Source of the DNA: Eledone cirrhosa
Lineage: Eukaryota
Direction: 5' to 3'
Assembly: GCA_964016885.1 (NCBI GenBank)
Contig: OZ024743.1
Location: 162,130,001 to 162,194,000, forward strand
DNA length: 64,000 nucleotides
Shown: piece after piece, positions 27,236 to 41,329 of the stretch
Layout: the number at the start of each line of letters is the position of its first letter
How positions within the stretch are numbered: position 1 is the first letter of the stretch
Program-made: the position numbers and the translations under genes
Notes under the pieces: model-generated
What the model was told of the DNA's origin: nothing
Seen by the model: only the letters and a program-made list of their open reading frames with translations
The model's database searches: none

Positions 27236-28187
27236 TGTATGTATATATTTTGTATGTGTATCATAAGCCAAAACTTAGCTAGATGAGAGAATGCTGTGTA
27301 GCATTAGAATATGTGATAAATAGAATGTGATGCAGGGAGTAGAAATGGGACAAATCAGACCATACGGGACAGTTCAGAAACGGGCGAAAAAAAGGTGGAG
27401 TACGTGACAAACGACAGTAGCGAAAAATTCTGATCCTCAGTCGACTTCTCTAAAGTCACAGGTTTTCGATAGTTAAATAGTCGGGAAACCATAGCTTCGA
27501 ATATTATTCCCACGACAATACTTCCAAACGAGGAAGGCGTCGTTCTCAAATCTGTGTGCGGACGAGGCACAGACAGACAAACAAGTAAGATGATCGAACA
27601 TACAGATTGTAAAGAAATACCTGCAATTGGCTTACTGTGGCCAGGAATCTCTTTCTCGCTATGTTCCGAGATATATTAATATTTGATTTAATATCTATAA
27701 ATACAGATTGTGTTGTTTTTCACTTTATTTATATGCATATCCGCCATATATATTGAACAAGGACGATATTTATTTATATATCACTCACGTTAACAAAACC
27801 AATTACATTTAAAATTATTCAAATCTGTTGATACACTTCCGGTTCCTCCAATCGATACAAACTAGATTTTGACTCGATTACAGAATCTTTTTATTGTCTA
27901 TTTGATCAAAGACAGAAATAGCTGTTTATACCAAATTATAAGCAGACTACATTTTCTAAATATCTCCGTGGAATTTGAAATTTAAAAAAATAATTTATAA
28001 AATAATAATTTGATAATAAGTAAATAAATAAAATGATAAATATTTAAACGATAAGAACGATAAGAAAAGAGAAATAAAGCCAAAATTGATAGTAGTTATT
28101 GATTTATCGATCTTCATTAGCTCCGATGTCGGTCGGTATTTCAGGGAATTGAATAATTGCGAGCGAAAGAGAGAAAGTGTGTGTGTA

Positions 28188-28315
<128 letters not shown>

Positions 28316-28744
28316 GAAGAAAGAAAGAAGTCAACAAGGGCTAACATAAATATGATGATAGAGATAAAATCCAAGTCGGAGAAATCCAAGCCTAGATCGA
28401 GATTCGTTCTTATCGTTGCCATCGTCGTTGCTGTTGCTGCTGTTATTTAACCCTAACATACTTCTGATCATGCAGACCTTGCTAGACTTGAACCATAGAT
28501 TCAGAATTCCATATGTATCATAACCTTCTTCTATTCGAAGAGCAGTATGCACCTTAGTTTATAAAGCGGTTTAGTGCATGAGTGCAGTATGACAATCTGA
28601 GCACGTTGCATTATCTCCCCTTCCCAATATATTCTTGAATGCCTACACGTTCTGAATGGGGAAAGATTATTTTTCCCTGCATTTATCTCGGCTGTATATG
28701 CATCCAAGTACAATATTTGGGTCTAAGGAGATTACTGATGTCGC

Positions 28745-28829
<85 letters not shown>

Positions 28830-30333
28830 GTGTGCGTATGTGTGCGCGCGCGCGTATGTGTGTGTATGTAAGTGTAAGTGTTTTTTTTTGTTTGTCTAAA
28901 ATAGTTGGCGTCACATGAGCCGCGAACGACAAGTTGAGCCTTGAGGTGTTTTCTGCAGGATTCCAACCTTTTCAAATGTTTATGTGTAAGATATGACATG
29001 ATATCAAAACTAGACTATTATAAACTAGACTATTATAAAAATCAAAACTAGACTATTATAAAAAGCAGTTGCAGATTCTAGATCTAGTTTGAGTTGGGTA
29101 CAAAGTTTATAATGCCGTAATTATTGTTTAGTCCCGGGTCAAGAACATGCTGTCGTTTTGCCAGATATAGTATATTTAGGACTACCCGGCGTCTCCTTTT
29201 TAAAACAGATTTCTGCCTTACTGTTTTAAAACAGTAAAGTATGATTTGAGGGAGATTTACCTACTATTTTTGGCATGTTTAACCACTATATAGATGCGTT
29301 GGCGCGATAATATATTTGTTGTTCGTTGGTGAAGGCCAGATCAGTCCTGATCAAACAGATCTGTGACTTCTAAATAGTCGGTCAAATGATGAAATACGGT
29401 TTCCTGTGTGTGTGAGAGTCCAGGCGTCTTGGTTATGTATTTCTTTGAACTTGTATTTTATGAAAGATCGGTGCGAGCGGCGAAATTTGATGGGTTTAAT
29501 CTGACAATGCATTTTTTTATGCAGGGGAAAAGAAATCGAGAGAGGGAACTTGCCCTTGATGCGACAGAGTAATCCCGTGATTTTGTCTGGGGTTTCCTGG
29601 ACCAGTTGCTTATAAAGAAATTATGTTTTGTCATTCCATTTTTGTTGGCCAATATTCTGCAGACATTCTAGTGTTTGCGTTTAAAGTATTTTGCGATTTA
29701 CTATTAATTAAATAATAGCAGACAATAGAGTCTAATCTAAAACAATGTTGAATATGTGGCGTAACAAAAGGACAATTGAACGAGTATATCCAAATTCAAA
29801 TCTAAATCCAGTGCCTTCTCACTTCTGTTGGAAGCAGGTTGTATTGGGTTACACGGTACCAGTAGCAGACAGAAGCCTGGTATGACATATGCGCAGTGAT
29901 GCAATATGTCGATTGAACAGTAATTTGGTTGATATATGATTTATATATATATATATATATGCATATGTGCATGAAAGTATATATGTACGTATGTATATAT
30001 ATATACATATATATAAGCATATGTATATATATATATATATACATATAAATGTGTACATACGCACATAAACGCACACACGCTCACACACACACACTCGCAC
30101 ACTCGTATATATGTGTGTGCGTGTGGCATTTCGCCAAAGATTTGACATCTCTGCTTTCATGAGTTAAAATACCAATGTTCTTTACAATGAGTGAATTCTC
30201 TTGTGCCAACATTTATACTGTGTAACACACACACTCACACACTCACACACATACATACACATAGCCTTACACACATTCATACAGACATATACACACATAC
30301 ACAATCATGTACACTAAAATATCTACATAACAG

Positions 30334-30438
<105 letters not shown>

Positions 30439-30892
30439 ATGTATATATGTTTGTATATAATTTCTTTTGACTAAGTTCCTTGTGAAGGTCAATGATGTAG
30501 TTGGTGGATAACCTATATATCCAATACAAATATAAATAGATCTGACTAAAGTCTTTCCTCTCACCCCTATTGTATTACTGATAACTATTTTCCTAATAAT
30601 TTCACTGGCGCCCTTCCTTCCTTATTGTTATTATGTAATGCAGTGCTATCTCATCACCAAAGTATGTTTGCTATAAACTAGTGTTTCACTTTGGTTTCAG
30701 TGCGTTAAGAAGGTGCGATATAAATATAACCCTTTCCAGATAACTAGGTCAAATGAAGTGATGTAGGGGAAATGTATCGTTCGGATACATCGTGAAATGC
30801 CTGCAGTGGTTTTGAACTCGCAAGCTATAAGTAGGCAAGTCAATACTTTATCAATAAAACCATCTCACTTTTGACCTTCATTATTACTCATA

Positions 30893-31110
30893 TAGAGGGT
30901 GGTAGATTGGCAGAATCGGTAGGACGTCGGACAATATGCTATTGCGGTATTTGTACCGGCTTTTTACATCCTGAGTTCAAATCCCATCGAGGTCAACTTT
31001 GCTTTCTATCCTTCCCAAGTCGGTAACATAAAGTACCAGTTAAGTACTGGGGTCTATATAATTGACTTTTCCCTTCACCTTAATTGCTGGCCTTGTCCTA
31101 ATGTTATAAA
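30893..31110 (+). mobile_element. tRNA-derived SINE
   Basis: Same family as 15993-16186. A head fragment repeats at 31122-31160. Confidence 0.75.
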
Positions 31111-33114
31111 GACCTATTATTGAGGGCGGTGGATTGGCAGATTCGTTAGAGCGTTGGACTTTCATGATTCTTATTTGTAGCACACACAGAATACATATTA
31201 GATAGAAGGTTAATCAATCTCCATAAAGTCAATACTTGCATAAAACTAGGAACTCCAGTTTTTTCGACAATGTTGTTCTTGTGACACAATGATATTAGGT
31301 GTCTAGTGAACAGGTTGTTGGGAGTAGATTAATAGTTTAGATTAAACATCATTAAGCATTAGATAAATGAATACATAAATCCCACTTATATATTCTAAGA
31401 TTGATCCAAGCATCTAAACGACATCCACCACTACGGAAATTTCAGTCTAGCAAAGCCAACATCGAAATCCCATTAATCTTCTCCCTGAAAAATAAAACCC
31501 TAAAAAGACCGATTTTATTCATCAGACAAGTTTTGAAAGTCAATCAGTAAACGCATAATTTTTATATATAACAAAAAACTAAATACCATTAATATGATAA
31601 TTTTTATCACCTGATACTCTAAGCGGGGAGAGTTCAATCAGGCTGAACTAAGGGATTAAAGTATTTCGATATCTATACCCCCAGCTCTAGAGTAAAATGT
31701 AATGTATCCTTTTGTGTATACGAAACTTGTATTATACTATCCTCCTGTAAGGTAGTGAGACATAAGCTTAATATCAGAGTGCAGAACTCTTTCCGCATAA
31801 AATTTATATGATTGTATATAACGTCTGATACCACGATAAAGTACAAACCACAGGCTGTTGTTATCATTGTCACTGTCGTTGTTGTTTTATGTTATCTTTG
31901 GCATTAAAAATAACATGCAATAAATATAGACGGCAGTGTTTGTAACATGAACTAATTCAAAATGGCGAACTGACAGCGGTTCACCGTTTCTTCGTGAAGA
32001 TCATTTGAAAAGACCAATCGAAATAAAGAGCCTATAAACATTTACTGAAATCAGAAACGACATATTTACTAAAAAACAAAACCTATATATTTTGAAATTG
32101 TACTTGTTTGGTAAGTTAGGTTTCAAGCCATGGGGTAAACCTGAAGAAACATTTTAACCATTCAAAACCATACAAAAGTTGTATCCATTTTTCATGTATT
32201 TCGTGGTGTCAAAATTGCCGGCGCACTCTTTGTAACACAATTCTCCTATAACTCATTGGGATTGCGATGAGGATTTTTACACCACGAAATAAATGTAAAG
32301 TGAATATAAAAGTGAATATAAAAGGTTTTGAAAATCAAAATCGATATATCTACTGAAAACAGAATCTAAAAATTACAGAAAAGTAAAATCTATACATTTA
32401 CTAAAACTATAGACTTATAAAAGACCAATCTATGTATTTATTAAAAAATAGAATCATTACATTTACTAAAAACAAAAGCCATCTTAAAAATTACTAAATA
32501 CATTTCCCATAAACAAAAGAAAACTAACAGAATTTTCTGAAACCAGAAACTTTACTTTCACTTTAAAAAACAACAAAAACAAATGCAAGGAAAAGGCTTG
32601 AAATAGCGGCAGCATTTCCTTCAAATCTATCTTGAAAAGAAGTAAATATTGAACAATGTAATCATTGATACACAAAAAGATGTGTTGGTTCCGACTGGGG
32701 CGCATTTGATCATACTCGAACATGGTTCACTCAGGGGTAAACAACAATACTAACTACACTTTTACTAAAAACCAGAATCTTTACTTTTACGAAAAGCAGA
32801 AGCATCTGCAGGGCATTAAAAAAACCAACAAGCTAATCATTTACATAATAAAGTAAAATAATACATCTACATATACTCCACTAGTCAAAAAATCCACTTT
32901 ATATTTTGATCTTCTGATTTGAAAATTATTTCTAAATATTGATCAAAGCTTCTTTAATAGACAATAGACCTCAAATGGAGGAGTTTAATGTTCGCTAATG
33001 ATACTTTTTCCCTTTCATAGAAAGTAGAGTAAATGATGTGGTTTTATTTTACATATAATTAGTGCGTAGTGCGGTATACCCCCCCCCCCCCCCCCCGCCA
33101 CCACACACACACAC

Positions 33115-33147
<33 letters not shown>

Positions 33148-33212
33148 CTCTTTAACTCTTTTACCTGTTCCAGCCATCCGGCCATATCGATATATATATA
33201 TATATATATATA

Positions 33213-33392
33213 TTGGTAAACGGAATAGAAAATGCTGACAAATTGTTCACAGTTGAAAAATGGTTTAATTAGGAATAAAAGAGTATTAGTGATTGTATGG
33301 GTTAGTATTCAGTTGTGGTTTTAAGTTTTTAAGTTTTTACCGGTTGCGCATTTCTAAATGCTTATAGAGTGTCCGTGCTGTTTGCTCTGATC

Positions 33393-33394
<2 letters not shown>
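33213..33394 (-). repeat. (TA)n-inserted family (longer copy 62207-62637) with a non-canonical HHR-like motif
   Basis: Both copies carry CTGATCA..GAAA TGCGCA AC CGG on the minus strand. Confidence 0.6.
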
Positions 33395-33484
<90 letters not shown>

Positions 33485-33486
33485 CA

Positions 33487-33558
<72 letters not shown>

Positions 33559-33743
33559 GATAAATCTACCAAGAGTTTACGGTAGTGTCCAATCCGTATG
33601 AAGAACTCAATGTATTCCGGATATCATGGAAAGAAGAGATGTAATGAAAAACCACTTTCGGTGAAAGATAAACGGTATACAGAGTCAAGATAAAATATTA
33701 AACAAATAATGAATAAACAATTCCTTATATTAAACAAAAAAAG

Positions 33744-33893
33744 TTCATTATTTAACGATCGTTTCTAGGATATATATGTGTTAGAATTGGTATGCATATT
33801 CAACAGATCTATGTACAAAATTATACAAAATTATACAAATTATCAAGATTAAATATACATACCAAACACATATATACGCCGTCTTCAGAAATA

Positions 33894-33898
<5 letters not shown>
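33744..33898 (-). ncRNA. Type I hammerhead with long stem II (element 33555-33899)
   Basis: TTTATTATTT CTGAAGA ..TATATATGTGTT TGGTATGTATATT / AATATGCATACCA..AACACATATATA.. GAAA CGATCG TT AAATAATGAA. Confidence 0.8.
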
Positions 33899-33961
<63 letters not shown>

Positions 33962-34051
33962 AGGTAGATAGATAGATAACGAAACACGTATCAATTGCAT
34001 AATAAATGTTGATCCTCTAACTGCGATGTTGTCATATTCATGTTACTTATC

Positions 34052-34240
34052 ATTGGATTGGCAGTATTGGTAGAGGGTCGGACCCCATGCTTTGACGCAT
34101 AGAGTTACGGCCATTGCCATTCTGAGTTCAAATCTCGCCGAGGTTAACTTTGCCTTTCATCCTTACGGGGTCGATAAAATAAAGTACCAGTAATACACTG
34201 GGTAATTGCTGGCCTTGTGCCTAACGTAGAAACAATTATA
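34052..34240 (+). mobile_element. tRNA-derived SINE
   Basis: Same family as 15993-16186. Confidence 0.8.
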
Positions 34241-34256
34241 TTATATATATGTATGC

Positions 34257-34302
<46 letters not shown>

Positions 34303-34304
<2 letters not shown>

Positions 34305-34763
34305 GATATTAACAAATAGAAACTATATTTATAAAACCATATCTATTTTATTATACATATCTCAAAGATACCATGTTAAATTATGGTATGCTTTCATCAG
34401 ACAAAATACAATATATACCAGTTTTATAAATAAACATTGACGTACCCTTTCAAAATACAACCGTTACTTGTGGAAGATATCAAGGATATATCCTTGATGT
34501 CTTCCAAAAGTAACGGTTGTATTTTGAAAGGGTACGTCAATGTTTATTTATAAAACTGGTATATATTGTATTTTGTCTGATGAAAGCATACCATAATTTA
34601 ACATGGTATCTTTGAGATATGTATAATAAAATAGATATGGTTTTATAAATATAGTTTCCATTTGTTAATATCGTATATTTACTCCAAATACTTGTTGAGT
34701 GCTTTATATCAGTTATAAAAATATTTGCTTGTTGTATCCCAGCAATTTAAATAGAACTTTTGC
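34303..34763. mobile_element. Spacerless fold-back HHR mini-element
   Basis: Palindrome centre 34488/34489, arms to 34303 and 34673, tail 34674-34763. HHR at 34569-34633 (+) and 34344-34408 (-): TATTTTGT CTGATGA..GAGA TATGTA TA ATAAAATA (GAAA>GAGA in both arms). Confidence 0.88.
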
Positions 34764-34798
34764 ATATATATATATATATATATATGTGTGTATGTATA

Positions 34799-35474
<676 letters not shown>

Positions 35475-35635
35475 CGGGAGAGAGAGTATATGTAGTATAT
35501 ATGGTGGTAGTGTCCAGCAGAAGCAAGGGGGATAACCGTCTACGCATTTCAGACTTGACTGGTCTCCATCAAGACGCTCCCTCCCACACCTGCAACTGCT
35601 GGACATGAGAACAGTCGAGAATATATACTTTTCTC

Positions 35636-35669
<34 letters not shown>

Positions 35670-36047
35670 GGTCGGCATTTTTTCTCTCTCTCGTCTACGA
35701 TTTCACAGAACTTATGTTTACCAAATTCACAGACTAGACCCCTTCTTCCTCCCGTTAGACCTGTGCGAAATTCCTTCCTTGCTCACATTTCAACCAGGTT
35801 TGATGGTCTTTATTCTCTCTCGTTCACGATTTCACCGAATTTAAATTCATAGAAATTTGGGACTTGACTCCTTCTTCCTCATTTTTCGTTGCTTCACCAT
35901 TTTTGTTTGTTTACACTCGTGTCCCCTTTATTTACGTGTCCCAACGACTTTTTTTAGCCGTTTCTCGCACCAACCGGAGGTATATGGTCTTTAAAGCGAT
36001 GAAATACCAATGATGGTTGGAAGATCACTGATGAAGAACTAACTTTA

Positions 36048-36098
<51 letters not shown>

Positions 36099-36940
36099 TT
36101 GGGGAGGGTCATATTTGTGTAATATTGCCAGAATTAATAACAGAACACACTCACTGTTTGGTGGGTTTTCGCTTCTCGCTGTCTTTTATATCTGTAATCT
36201 AACTTACTCGGTCCTCAATGTTGCCATTGACTGACCGACGGTCAAAAATAATACAGATACAATATAGACACAAACACATATATATAGTTTACATAATTTA
36301 CATAAATCTTTCGTTGCACATCTGCAACATCGTCAGTGGTGTTATATTTTCCTCCTGTTGTGTTGTATGTCTACGCCATTTTTTATTCAGTCTGTATATA
36401 TATTTATTTATTTATTTGCTTGTTTGTTTATTTTATTTTGTCTTCTTTGCGCATGCGTTTGCGTGTGTGTATAGTGTTATGTTTGCTGTGTGACTAGTGT
36501 GTATAGTGTTATGTTTGCTGGGTGACTAGTGTGTGTTTATGTGCTTGTTGTTATTGTGCTTGTGTATGTATTTATTTATCTTATTTTATTTACTTATTTA
36601 TACTTCTCTTAGGTCAGTGTTGTTTGTTTGGGTGTTGTTGTTATTCCACTCATTCTTTCTGTTTAGCTTTGGTCTTCTAATTTCTATTTCACTGGCCTCT
36701 CTGATTTGCCTATCTGCTGGGTCATTTCTATGTTTAGATATTATTCTAATTTCTATGTTGTCTATGTTACCGTCATGTTGTTGTCTAGAATGTTCGTATA
36801 GTACTGACCCGTTTTTTCGTCCTTTTAGTTCCCCCCAGTGTTGGTCTATCCTTTCACCTATGCTACGAGCTGTCTCACCTATGTATGTTGTTGTCATGTT
36901 TCTGCAAGTACCCCCTGTACATCTTATGCTATAGACTACG

Positions 36941-38019
36941 ACAATATCCGTATGACTGATGTAAAACTACCGGAAGAATTTACCAATGACCACACAGTAA
37001 ATATCTATGAGAACACTTTAATCAGTGAACAAGAACAACAAATCCTACGGTTACCACCAAAATTTGCCATCTACAAAAATATTAACCCTATGGAGTGGAA
37101 AACGGAGCTGGAAAAGTGTTTCACAAAAATACGTTGGAATGCAAAGGTAAACAACAACAACAATAATAACGGTAGTAGTAATATAAACAATAACTCTGGG
37201 TATAGAAATAACAGTCATAACCATAACAATAGCAGGAAAGTGAGAAATAGTGATAATGATAATAATACTAGCGATAGACAGAACAACAACAACCACAATA
37301 ATAATAATAATAGAAACATTAACCACAGACACAGCAACAGCGACCACAGTAGTAATAACGGTAACAATACGAACAACAACAACAATAACCACAGTGGTAA
37401 TAATGGAAATAGTACATGTAGCAACATCAACAAAAACAAGAAACATAATAAAAGTAACAACCACAATGGTAGAAATAACAGTAACAACAACAACAATAAC
37501 GGTGAAGTAAACAACAATACATCTAGCAATCATAACAATAATAATAATGCTAATGATAGAAACAACAACAACCACCCTGATAACAACAATAGCAACACAC
37601 ACAACTATGACGATAGATATAATGACAACCCCTTAGAGAAACTATTTTTCAACCCAGCTGACAAAACATATAAGATGGGTAATATCTATCCTACGAGGTT
37701 ACCCTTTAATAAAAGAGTTTGCATACCACAACAAATAGATGACGAGACAGAGGCACGGTTCACCATAGCTAGAAATAAGATTAGACAAATAGTAGACAGG
37801 TATACTAAGAGACAGAGCAGACCAGAGGCCCAACAACTTGGGAGGAAACCTGTAGAAGGCTTGGTTAGCCTCAAGCAGCGCACAAGGGATGGTGAGGTAG
37901 TGTGTCTACCCACAGATAAGTCTGGTAGGATGTCATTAGATAGTATGCCGAACTACATCGAGGCTATGCAACCCCACATCAGAGAAAATCCTCAACGCTC
38001 ACATGATGATGTGGACTGA
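36941..38019 (+). CDS. N-terminal part of the PLE ORF with an Asn-rich linker; 5'-truncated and out of frame with the RT part
   Basis: ILRLPPKFAI, KIRW, LPFNKRV and VVCLPTDKSGRMSL..NY (PLE pre-RT DK motif). Sequence upstream of 36941 belongs to the inverted arm. Confidence 0.8.
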
Positions 38020-39994
38020 CATCCTAAAGCCAAGCAGACGCACTGCCAACAACTTCCAGGCGTCTAACATTGGCATACCACCCTTGTATGGGCTCCGCAA
38101 AGACCACAAGACAGTCGACGACCCGACAACAGGACAACCAACAAGACCCGTATGCGGAGCTAATATAGCTAGCAACTACAGGATCTCCTACTTCCTCTCA
38201 ATGGTTATACGCCCCATAATCAAGATGTCCCCAGATGTATGTGACAGTACAGAGGACCTCCTCAGCAGAATCAGTGAGTGCAACAAAAACAGGAGCCTAT
38301 CCAACTGCATAATAGGCAGCATGGATGTGGTGTCACTGTACCCATCCATTAACATTGATTTTGCTGTGAAAAGATGTGTGGAGATGATCATTGAGAGTGA
38401 GGTGGAGTTCTGCGACGTCGACACAGACGAACTGGGCCTCCTACTTAGACTTACCTACGACACTGACTACCTAGACAGCCATGACCTTAGATGTTTCTGC
38501 TCTAGTAGACCCATAATAGGTAGACCCCCCACCATAACCTCAATGGCAAAAAAGACTCCCATGGGAAGGTGGATTGGGTGGACCAAAGCTATACGGACCC
38601 CCCAAAACAATGATCAGGTAAGAAAAATGGTCGCACATGCAATAGGGGCTAGTATCAAAACTACCCTAAAGGGCCACATATTTAAGTTCAATGAGAAAAT
38701 CTACACCCAAAATGAGGGAGCAGCCATCGGCGTCAGCATAGCTGGTGATGTTGCCAACCTTTTTATGGTATGGTGGGAAAGGAGACTTAAAGATCTCCTT
38801 AATGAAAGCTCCATAGACCTCATCATGTACTCTCGTTATGTAGACGATATCAATATAGTTATAAGAACACCCCCACTAGAGAGCATTAACAAGTTTGATT
38901 TAGAACGTAGCACAATGGAAAGCATCCAGCAGATAGCTAATTCCATACACCAGAGTATAACTGTAACTATCGACTTCCCTTCCAAACACCCTAACAATAG
39001 ACTACCTGTATTAGACACAGAACTCTGGATTAACACTATAGACGAGAGAGCCCAAATTCTCCACTCACACTATGCTAAACCCATGGCCTCCAAATACCTG
39101 ATACTCAAAAACTCAGCAATGTCCAGTAGTGCTAAGTTTAATATTCTGATCGCAGATTTGGTACGAGTGATGAAGAATGTGTCCAGCATGTGCGACCCAA
39201 CAGAAATGGAAAGACACATCCAACACTTCATCAACCGCATGCAGTTCTCTGGCTACAACCAAAGAGACAGAGTCAGAGTATACGAAGGAGCCATGGAAAA
39301 GTATAAGACCCTCATAGAACTGGACATGAAAGGAATTTGCCCATTATACAGGAGCAAATCATGGAATAGCTTAGATAGGGCTAGACATAAGATAGGGAAA
39401 GCCACATCATGGTACGACAACCAGAGATACCAGAGTGTCATGTTTGTGGACGCCACCCCTGGAGGGAAATTAGCTAACCAGTGTAGAAAAGCCCTGAGAA
39501 AGACCCACTTAAAAATAAAGGTGGTAGAAAAGCCAGGAACCACCATAAAATCCCTGATCAGCAAAACCTACCCTTTTAAGAAAACCCACTGTACCAATAG
39601 GAAATGTATCATATGTAAGGTGAACCCCCGGATAAACTGTAAAACTAGAAACGTAGTCTATAGCATAAGATGTACAGAGGGTACTTGCAGAAACATGACA
39701 ACAACATACATAGGTGAGACAGCTCGTAGCATAGGTGAAAGGATAGACCAACACTGGGGGGAACTAAAAGGACGAAATAACGGGTCAGTACTATACGAAC
39801 ATGCTAGACAACAACATGACGGTAACATAGACAACATAGAAATTAGAATAATATCTAAACATAGAAATGACCCAGCAGATAGGCAAATCAGAGAGGCCAG
39901 TGAAATAGAAATTAGAAGACCAAAGCTAAACAGAAAGAATGAGTGGAATAACAACAACACCCAAACAAACAACACTGACCTAAGAGAAGTATAA
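38003..39994 (+). CDS. PLE reverse transcriptase + Cys linker + GIY-YIG endonuclease (C-terminal part of a frameshifted ORF)
   Basis: RT motifs: PPLYGLRKDHK, RPVC, SMDVVSLYPSI, QNEGAAIG..AGDVANLFM, RYVDDI, LPVLD, YAKPMAS. Linker CTNRKCIIC. Endonuclease motifs: VVYSIRC...YIGETARS..ERIDQH, RQIREASEI..PKLN. Confidence 0.93.
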   Translation: MMMWTDILKPSRRTANNFQASNIGIPPLYGLRKDHKTVDDPTTGQPTRPVCGANIASNYRISYFLSMVIRPIIKMSPDVCDSTEDLLSRISECNKNRSLSNCIIGSMDVVSLYPSINIDFAVKRCVEMIIESEVEFCDVDTDELGLLLRLTYDTDYLDSHDLRCFCSSRPIIGRPPTITSMAKKTPMGRWIGWTKAIRTPQNNDQVRKMVAHAIGASIKTTLKGHIFKFNEKIYTQNEGAAIGVSIAGDVANLFMVWWERRLKDLLNESSIDLIMYSRYVDDINIVIRTPPLESINKFDLERSTMESIQQIANSIHQSITVTIDFPSKHPNNRLPVLDTELWINTIDERAQILHSHYAKPMASKYLILKNSAMSSSAKFNILIADLVRVMKNVSSMCDPTEMERHIQHFINRMQFSGYNQRDRVRVYEGAMEKYKTLIELDMKGICPLYRSKSWNSLDRARHKIGKATSWYDNQRYQSVMFVDATPGGKLANQCRKALRKTHLKIKVVEKPGTTIKSLISKTYPFKKTHCTNRKCIICKVNPRINCKTRNVVYSIRCTEGTCRNMTTTYIGETARSIGERIDQHWGELKGRNNGSVLYEHARQQHDGNIDNIEIRIISKHRNDPADRQIREASEIEIRRPKLNRKNEWNNNNTQTNNTDLREV

Positions 39995-40251
39995 ATAAGT
40001 AAATAAAATAAGATAAATAAATACATACACAAGCACAATAACAACAAGCACATAAACACACACTAGTCACCCAGCAAACATAACACTATACACACTAGTC
40101 ACACAGCAAACATAACACTATACACACACGCAAACGCATGCGCAAAGAAGACAAAATAAAATAAACAAACAAGCAAATAAATAAATAAATATATATACAG
40201 ACTGAATAAAAAATGGCGTAGACATACAACACAACAGGAGGAAAATATAAC

Positions 40252-40292
40252 ACCACTGACGATGTTGCAGATGTGCAACGAAAGATTTATGT
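40252..40292 (+). ncRNA. Minimal hammerhead candidate in the PLE 3' UTR (mirror copy 36300-36340, minus)
   Basis: CA CTGACGA T GTTGCA-GATG-TGCAAC GAAA GATT TA TG. Intact core, 6-bp stem II, near-palindromic stem III AGAUUU; stem I only 2-3 bp. Confidence 0.6.
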
Positions 40293-40579
40293 AAATTATG
40301 TAAACTATATATATGTGTTTGTTGTCTATATTGTATCTGTATTATTTTTGACCGTCGGTCAGTCAATGGCAACATTGAGGACCGACTAAGTTAGATTACA
40401 GATATAAAAGACAGCGAGAAGCGAAAACCAACCAAACAGTGAGTGTGTTCTGTTATTAATTCTGGCAATATTACACAAATATGACCCTCCCAAGTATAAC
40501 AATATTTGTTTCGACACGATTTCATATAAAAAACCTCGCTAAACTAATTCATCGCCGCTATATATATATATATATATAT

Positions 40580-40799
40580 GGATCGACTTTCGTCAAATCG
40601 AACCGAGTAAACAATGTTTCCGTCGGTCTTTCCAGTTGCTAGTTCTATCTATCGGTCGCAACTCCAGGTAGAAGGAGCAACGTGAAATAAAGTGTCTTGC
40701 TCAATGACATAACGCATACGGGCGATGCGTTATGTCTTTGAATCGAACACACAACCTCAAGATTGTGAATCCAATTCTCTAACCACTCAGCCACACGCC

Positions 40800-40803
<4 letters not shown>
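40580..40803 (-). mobile_element. tRNA-SINE head fused to a TA-terminated tail (inverted partner 43533-43745, plus)
   Basis: ggcgtgtggctgagtggttaga..g(a/t)gttcgattc..ttgagcaagacactttatttcacgttgctcc, then a shared tail ending gatttgacgaaagtcgatc(TA)n. Confidence 0.8.
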
Positions 40804-40877
<74 letters not shown>

Positions 40878-40885
<8 letters not shown>

Positions 40886-41251
40886 AAGCAGAGGATATCT
40901 GTCTGTGTGTGTGTGAGTTTTAAACCCTAAAACTAGAGAATCACCCAACCGACTGTTTTAAAACTTTACACATGTAATACTTATGTTTCAGGGAGTGTTC
41001 TGAGCTAAAGAAATTTCAAATTTTCAATGCCATAGGGACCGCATTAGGCGATTTACCGATCTCTCTCTATAATTCTTAGTCTTCCTCTTTTTAGATAGAT
41101 ACTTACATATAACGCCGCGCCCTTATAATATCTGTCTGTATGTCTGGGTGTCTGCATTACGTCTTTCCTACAATTCGCTCTGCGTCCAAAATGCGCCCTT
41201 ATAAAATATGTTTGTATGTCTGACTGTCTGCATTACGTCACTTCCCTGAGG

Positions 41252-41329
<78 letters not shown>

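Larger units (their letters stand above)
36098..40558 (+). mobile_element. Penelope-like retroelement (Neptune-like), 5'-truncated, with an inverted copy of its 3' end at the left terminus; inserted in (TA)n
   Basis: RT and GIY-YIG ORFs. 36098-36940 is the reverse complement of 39652-40494 with a few substitutions. Extra tail at 40495-40558 on the right only. (TA)n on both flanks. Confidence 0.95.

Noticed and set aside
27355-27620. Possible downstream exon of the 48146 gene (frame open in phase 1 after ttgcag|)
   Set aside because: There is no polypyrimidine tract and no recognisable protein features. It cannot be supported without RNA-seq.
36838-36940. Annotated start of the 393-aa ORF
   Set aside because: This part is the antisense inverted arm fused by chance in frame with the truncated PLE ORF.
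38017-38019. TGA as selenocysteine readthrough (as reported for Naiad PLEs)
   Set aside because: The frame closes again at TAA about 15 codons later and the RT is in another frame. The EN is C-terminal and no convincing SECIS was seen.
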